Source: the human T2T-CHM13v2.0 reference genome, Homo sapiens
DNA: 64,000 nt
Direction: 5' to 3' (one strand)
Assembly: GCF_009914755.1 (NCBI RefSeq)
Contig: NC_060946.1
A program made the translations under genes and the position numbers. The notes beneath the pieces were generated by a model. That model was not told the origin of the DNA. It was given only the letters and a program-made list of their open reading frames with translations, and did not search any database. The first letter of the stretch is position 1. Each line of letters opens with the position of its first letter. Below are positions 57,701-64,000 of the stretch, in pieces.

Positions 57701-59600
57701 ATTGTGACATATCTCTGCACTAATCATCCAAGTGATGTAACACTTGTCTAGGATGTGCCTAAATTATCTTTTTGACATAACCCTGTACTGATCATCCAGG
57801 TGATGGGGCTTTTGTCTAGGCTCTGCCTAAGGGGGCATTGTGACATATTTCTGCATTGATCACCCAGGTGGCGAACTCTTCTCTCGGATCTGCCTATGGG
57901 GGCATTGTGAGAAATCTCTGCACTGATCACCCAGGTGATGTAACTGTTGTGTAACCTCTGCCTACAGGGGAATTGTGAGAGATCTCCCCACTGATTACCC
58001 AAGTGATGTAACCATTGTCTAGGCTTTGCGTACAGGGGTCTTTGTGACATACCTTTGCACTGATCAACCAGGTGATGTAACACATCTAATTTCGGCCTAA
58101 AGGAGCTTTGTGACACATCTCTGCACTGATCACTTAGGTGATGTAACACTTTTATAATCACTGCCTACAGGGAATTTTGACAAATCTCTGCACTGATCAC
58201 CTAGGTGATGTAACTCTTGTCTACCCTCTGTCCAACGGGGCATTGTGAAATATCTCAGCACTGAACACCCAGGTGATTCAACTCTTGACTAGGAACTGCC
58301 TACAGAGGTTATTGTGAAATATCTCTGCACAGATAAACTAGGTGGTGTAACCCTTGTCCAAGCTCTGCCTACAGGGGCGTTTCCACATATCCCTGAACTG
58401 ATGACAAAGGTGATGTAACTCTTGCCTAGGCTTTGCCTACAGGGGCATTGGACATATATCTGCACTGATCACCCAGGTGATGCAACTCTTGCCTAGGCTT
58501 TGCCTACAGGGGACACTGTGACATACCTCTTCAATGATCACTCATGTGATGCATCTCTTGCCTAGGCTTTGCCAACAGGGGACATTGTGACATATCTCTG
58601 CACTGATCTCCCTGGTACTGTAACTTTAGTCTAGACTCTGGCTACACGGCATTGTGACATATCACTGCACTGATCAACCAGGTGATATAACTCTTGTATA
58701 GGCTCTGCCTACAGGGGGATTGTGACCTACCTCTGCACTGATCACCCAGGTGATATAACTCTTCTCTAGGATCTGCCTACAGGGTGCTTTGTGACATATC
58801 CCTGCACTGATCACCCAGGTGACCTAACTCTGGTCTAAGCTCTGCCTAAAGGGGCATTGTGACAGATCTCTGCACTGATCACTCAGGAGATGTAACTATT
58901 GTCTAGGCTCTGCATAAAGGGGCCTTGTCACATATCCCTGCACTGATCACCCAGGTGATGTAACTCTTGTCTAGGCTCTGCTTCCAGGGCATATTGTGAC
59001 ATAACTATGCACTGATCACCTTAGTGATGTAACACTTGTGTAGGCTCGGCCTACAGAGGAATCTTGACATATCTCTGCACTGTTAAACGAGGTGATTTAA
59101 CTCTTGTCTAGGCTGTGCCCACAGGGGGATTGAGACATATCTCTGCACTGATCCCGAGGTGATCCAACTCTTGCCTGGTCTCTGCCTACTGGGGACATTG
59201 TGACATATCTCTGCACTGATCTCCCAGGTGCTGTAAATTTTGTCTAGGCTCTGGCTACACGGCATTGTGACTTATCACTGCACTGATCACCCAGGCGATA
59301 CAACTCTTGTCTAGGCTCTGCCTACAACGGTCTTGTGACATATCTCTGCACTGATCACCCAGGTGATATAACTCTTCTCTAGGATCTGACCACGGGGTGC
59401 TTTGTGACATATCCCTGCAATGATCACCCAGGTGATATACCACTTGCCAAGGCTCTGCTTACAGGGGCATTGCAATGTATCTCTGCACTGATCACCTAGG
59501 TCTTGTAGCTATTTTCTAGGATCTGCCTACAGGGTGCTTTGTGACGTGTCCCAGCAAGGATTACCCAGGTGATGTACCTCTCATCAAGGCTCTGCCTACA
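27709..59600 (+). repeat. HOR subfamily B domain (~16 units, modal period 1973 bp)
   Basis: Diagnostic states: GTGACTTATCAC, CAGGCGATACAAC, GTAGCTATTTTC, GACGGGTCCC, GGATGTGCC, TTTATAATCAC, GGGGCATTGGAC (1 bp shorter than A), CCCTGGTACTG, CTGTTAAACGAGG. The right boundary is approximate. Confidence 0.88.
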
Positions 59601-62600
59601 GGCACATTGCGATATATCTCTGCACTGATCACCTAGGTCATGTAACTTTTGTCTAGGCTCTACCTACGATGGCATTGTGACATATCTCTGCACTAATCAT
59701 CCAAGTGATGTAACACTTGTCTAGGATGTGCCTAAATTAACTTTTTGACATAACCCTGTACTGATCATCCAGGTGATGGGGCTTTTGTCTAGGCTCTGCC
59801 TAAGGGGGCATTGTGACATATTTCTGCATTGATCACCCAGGTGGCGAACTCTTCTCTCGGATCTGCCTATGGGGGCATTGTGAGAAATCTCTGCAGTGAT
59901 CACCCAGGTGATGTAACTGTTGTGTAACCTCTGCCTACAGGGGAATTGAGAGAGATCTCTCCACTGATTACCCAAGTGATGTAACCATTGTCTAGGCTTT
60001 GCGTACAGGGGGCTTTGTGACATACCTTTGCACTGATCACCCAGGTGATGTAACACATCTAAGTTCGGCCTAAAGGAGCTGTGTGACACATCTCTGCACT
60101 GATCACTTAGGTGATGTAACACTTTTATAATCACTGCCTACAGGGAATTTTGACAAATCTCTGCACTGATCACCTAGGTGATGTAACTCTTGTCTACCCT
60201 CTGTCCAACGGGGCATTGTGAAATATCTCAGCACTGAACACCCAGGTGAATCAACTCTTGACTAGGAACTGCCTACAGAGGTTTTTGTGAAATATCTCTG
60301 CACTGATAAACTAGGTGGTGTAACCCTTGTCCAAGCTCTGCCTACAGGGGCGTTTCCACATATCCCTGAACTGACGACAAAGGTGATGTAACTCTTGCCT
60401 AGGTTTTGCCTACAGGGGACATTGGACATATATCTGCACTGATCACCGAGGTGATGCAACTCTTGCCTAGGCTTTGCCTACAGGGGACACTGTGACATAT
60501 CTCTTCAATGATCACTCATGTGATGCATCTCTTGCCTAGGCTTTGCCAACAGGGGACATTGTGACATATCTCTGCACTGATCTCCCTGGTACTGTAACTT
60601 TAGTCTAGGCTCTGGCTACACGGCATTGTGACATATCACTGCACTGATCAACCAGGTGATATAACTCTTGTATAGGCTCTGCCTACAGGGGGCTTGTGAC
60701 CTACCTCTGCACTGATCACCCAGGTGATATAACTCTTCTCTAGGATCTGCCTACAGGGTGCTTTGTGACATATCCCTGCACTGATCACCCACGTGACCTA
60801 ACTCTGGTCTAAGCTCTGCCTAAAGGGGCATTGTGACAGATCTCTGCACTGATCACTCAGGTGATGTAACTATTTTCTAGGCTCTGCTTAAAGGGGCCTT
60901 GTCACATATCCCTGCACTGATCACCCAGGTGATGTAAATCTTGTCTAAGCTCTGCTTCCAGGGCATATTGTGACATAACTATGCACTGATCACCTTAGTG
61001 ATGTAACACTTGTGTAGGCTCGGCCTACAGCGGAATCTTGACATATCTCTGCACTGTTAAACGAGGTGATTTAACTCTTGTCTAGGCTGTGCCCACAGGG
61101 GGATTGAGACATATCTCTGAACTGATACCGAGGTGATCCAACTCTTGCCTTTTCTCTGCCTACTGGGGACATTGTGACATATCTCTGCACTGATCTCCCA
61201 CGTGCTGTAAATTTTGTCTAGGCTCTGGCTACAAGGCATTGTGACATATCACTGCACTGATCACCCAGGCGATACAACTCTTGTCTAGGCTCTGCCTACA
61301 ATGGTTTTGTGACATATCTCTGCACTGATCACCCAGGTGATATAACTCTTCTCTAGGATCTGACCACGGGGTGCTTTGTCACATATCTCTGCAATGATCA
61401 CCCAGGTGATATACCACTTGCCAAGGCTCTGCCTACAGGGGCATTGCAATGTATCTCTGCACTGATCACCTAGGTCTTGTAGCTATTTTCTAGGATCTGC
61501 CTACAGGGTGCTTTGTGACGGGTCCCAGCAAGGATTACCCAGGTGATGTACCTCTCATCAAGGCTCTGCCTACAGGCACATTGCGATATATCTCTGCACT
61601 GATCACCTAGGTCATGTAACTTTTGTCTAGGCTCTACCTACGATGGCATTGTGACATATCTCTGCTCTAATCATCCAAGTGATGTAACACTTGTCTAGGA
61701 TGTGCCTAAATTAACTTTTTGACATAACCCTTTACTGATCATCCAGGTGATGGGGCTTTTGTCTAGGCTCTGCCTAAGGGGGCATTGTGACATATTTCTG
61801 CATTGATCACCCAGGTGGCGAACACTTCTCTCGGATCTGCCTATGGGGGCATTGTGAGAAATCTCTGCACTGATCACCCAGGTGATGTAACTGTTGTGTA
61901 ACCTCTGCCTACAGGGAAATTGTGAGAGATCTCGCCACTGATTACCCAAGTGATGTAACCATTGTCTAGGCTTTGCGTACAGGGGGCTTTTTGACATACC
62001 TTTGCACTGATCACCCAGGTGATGTAACACATCTAAGTTCGGCCTAAAAGAGCTTTGTGACACATCTCTGCACTGATCACTTAGGTGATGTAACACTTTT
62101 ATAATCACTGCCTACAGGGAATTTTGACAAATCTCTGCACTGATCACCTAGGTGATGTAACTCTTGTCTACCCTCTGTCCAACGGGACATTGTGAAATAT
62201 CTCTGCACTGAACACCCAGGTGATTCAACTCTTGACTAGGAACTGCCTACAGAGGTTATTGTGAAATATCTCTGCACTGATAAACTAGGTTGTGTAACCC
62301 TTGTCCAAGCTCTGCCTACAGGGGCGTTTCCACATATCCCTGAACTGATGACAAAGGTGATGTAACTCTTGCCTAGGCTTTGCCTACAGGGGACATTGGA
62401 CATATATCTGCACTGATCACCCAGGTGATGCAACTCTTGCCTAGGCTTGGCCTACACGGGACACTGTGACATATCTCTTCAATGATCACTCATGTGATGC
62501 ATCTCTTGCCTAGGCTTCGCCAACAGGGGACATTGTGACATATCTCTGCACTGATCTCCCTGGTAATGTAACTTTAGTCTAGGCTCTGGCTACACGGCAT

Positions 62601-64000
62601 TGTGACATATCACTGCACTGATCAACCAGGTGATATAACTCTTGTATAGGCTCTGCCTACAGGGGGATTGTGACCTACCTCTGCACTGATCACCCAGGTG
62701 ATATAACTCTTCTCTAGGATCTGCCTACAGGGTGCTTTGTGACATATCCCTGCACTGATCACCAAGGTGACCTAACTCTGGTCTAAGCTCTGCCTAAAGG
62801 GGCATTGTGACAGATCTCTGCACTGATCACTCAGTTGATGTAACTATTGTCTAGGCTCTGCTTAAAGGGGCCTTGTCACATATCCCTGCACTGATCACCC
62901 AGGTGATGTAACTCTTGTCTAGGCTCTGCTTCCAGGGCATATTGTGACATAACTATGCACTGATCACCTTAGTGATGTAACACTTGTGTAGGCTCGGCCT
63001 ACAGAGGAATCTTGACATATCTCTGCACTGTTAAACGAGGTGATTTAACTCTTGTCTAGGCTGTGCCCACAGGGTGATTGAGAAATAGCTCTGCACTGAT
63101 CCCGAGGTGATCCAACTCTTGCCTGGTCTCTGCCTACTGGGGACATTGTGACATATCTCTGCACTGATCTCCCAGGTGCTGTAAATTTTGTCTAGGCTCT
63201 GGCTACAAGGCATTGGGACATATCACTGCACTGATCACCCAGGCGATACAACTCTTGTCTAGGCTCTGCCTACAATGGTTTTGTGACATATCTCTGCACT
63301 GATCACCCAGGTGATATAACTCTTCTCTAGGATCTGACCACGGGGTGCTTTGTGACATATTCCTGCAATGATCACCCAGGTGATATACCACTTGCCAAGG
63401 CTCTGCTTACAGGGGCATTGCAATGTATCTCTGCACTGATCACCTAGGTCTTGTAGCTGTTTTCTAGGATCTGCCTACAGGGTGCTTTGTGACGTGTCCC
63501 AGCAAGGATTACCCAGGTGATGTACCTCTCATCAAGGCTCTGCCTACAGGCACATTGCGATATATCTCTGCACTGATCACCTAGGTCATGTAACTTTTGT
63601 CTAGGCTCTACCTACGATGGCATTGTGACATATCTCTGCACTAATCATCCAAGTGATGTAACACTTGTCTAGGATGTGCCTAAATTAACTTTTTGACATA
63701 ACCCTGTACTGATCATCCAGGTGATGGGGCTTTTGTCTAGGCTCTGCCTAAGGGGGCATTGTGACATATTTCTGCATTGATCACCCAGGTGGCGAACTCT
63801 TCTCTTCGATCTGCCTATGGGGGCATTGTGAGAAATCTCTGCACTGATCACCCAGGTGATGTAACTGTTGTGTAACCTCTGCCTACAGGGGAATTGTGAG
63901 AGATCTCGCCACTGATTACCCAAGTGATGTAACCATTGTCTAGGCTTTGCGTACAGGGGGCTTTGTGACATTGCTTTGCACTGATCACCCAGGTGTTGTA
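59600..64000 (+). repeat. HOR variant B' (B-like, period back to 1974 bp, some A-like states)
   Basis: GGGGACATTGGAC at ~60415 and ~62390 (no 1-bp deletion). GGTCATGTAA and GATGGCATTG replace GGTCACGTAA and GATGGTATTG. CTACAAGGC and ATGGTTTTG occur at ~61230/61290 and ~63205/63275. ORF spacing 59721->61695->63669 is 1974. Confidence 0.7.

Larger units (their letters stand above)
1..64000 (+). repeat. Beta satellite (68-bp Sau3A satellite, BSR/Beta) tandem array, continuing beyond both window edges
   Basis: A ~68-bp monomer recurs throughout, e.g. GATC-like anchors at ~20, 87, 155, 223, 292, 360, with core CTGCACTGATCACCCAGGTGATGTAACTCTTGTCTAGGCTCTGCCTACAGGGG. This matches the recalled human beta-satellite consensus with its Sau3A GATC site. 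Orientation is the same throughout. Confidence 0.96.

Noticed and set aside
125-63971. Recurring minus-strand ORFs (60-150 aa; HHLGDQCRDMSQ and YITWVISAEICH motifs, Cys/His-rich)
   Set aside because: They are translations of the 68-bp monomer in alternating frames. They are freely broken by stops and frameshifts between copies, show no evident codon-level constraint and match no protein family I recognise. They are not zinc fingers.
1-64000. CRISPR-like appearance (partly palindromic conserved core every ~68 bp)
   Set aside because: The intervening sequences are homologous to each other rather than unique spacers, the pattern repeats every 29 monomers, and there are no cas genes.
1-64000. 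Alpha satellite, HSat, D4Z4/DUX4, LSau or rDNA
   Set aside because: There is no 171-bp period or CENP-B box, no CATTC runs and no GC-rich 3.3-kb unit. Beta satellite often neighbours these sequences, but none is visible here.
1-64000. Alu, L1 or other insertions, or inversions
   Set aside because: All inter-unit spacings are 1971-1974 or 1907 bp, leaving no room for an insertion. I saw no poly(A) tails or strand switch.

Overview
The whole 64-kb window is one uninterrupted, single-orientation array of primate, most likely human, beta satellite (68-bp Sau3A/BSR-Beta family). Monomers of about 68 bp (consensus approx. GATCACCCAGGTGATGTAACTCTTGTCTAGGCTCTGCCTACAGGGG(A)CATTGTGACATATCTCTGCACT) form a 29-monomer higher-order repeat (HOR) of 1971-1974 bp, with about 32.4 copies in the window. 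This resembles the ~2.0-kb beta-satellite HOR classically assigned to acrocentric short arms. I see no genes, RNA genes or transposon insertions. All listed ORFs are by-products of the repeat. The informative signal is the array architecture: (i) a sharp (<=30 bp) switch between HOR subfamilies A and B at ~27,680-27,710; (ii) a B-type conversion patch inside the A domain; (iii) a single-monomer 67-bp deletion giving a 28-mer; (iv) a ~4.6-kb multi-unit duplication offset by 4 HORs; (v) three recent tandem unit duplications; (vi) a third variant B' at the right end; (vii) an ancestral ~4-monomer duplication inside the HOR. I cannot support a new gene system here. All comparisons were made by eye and from ORF-track spacing.
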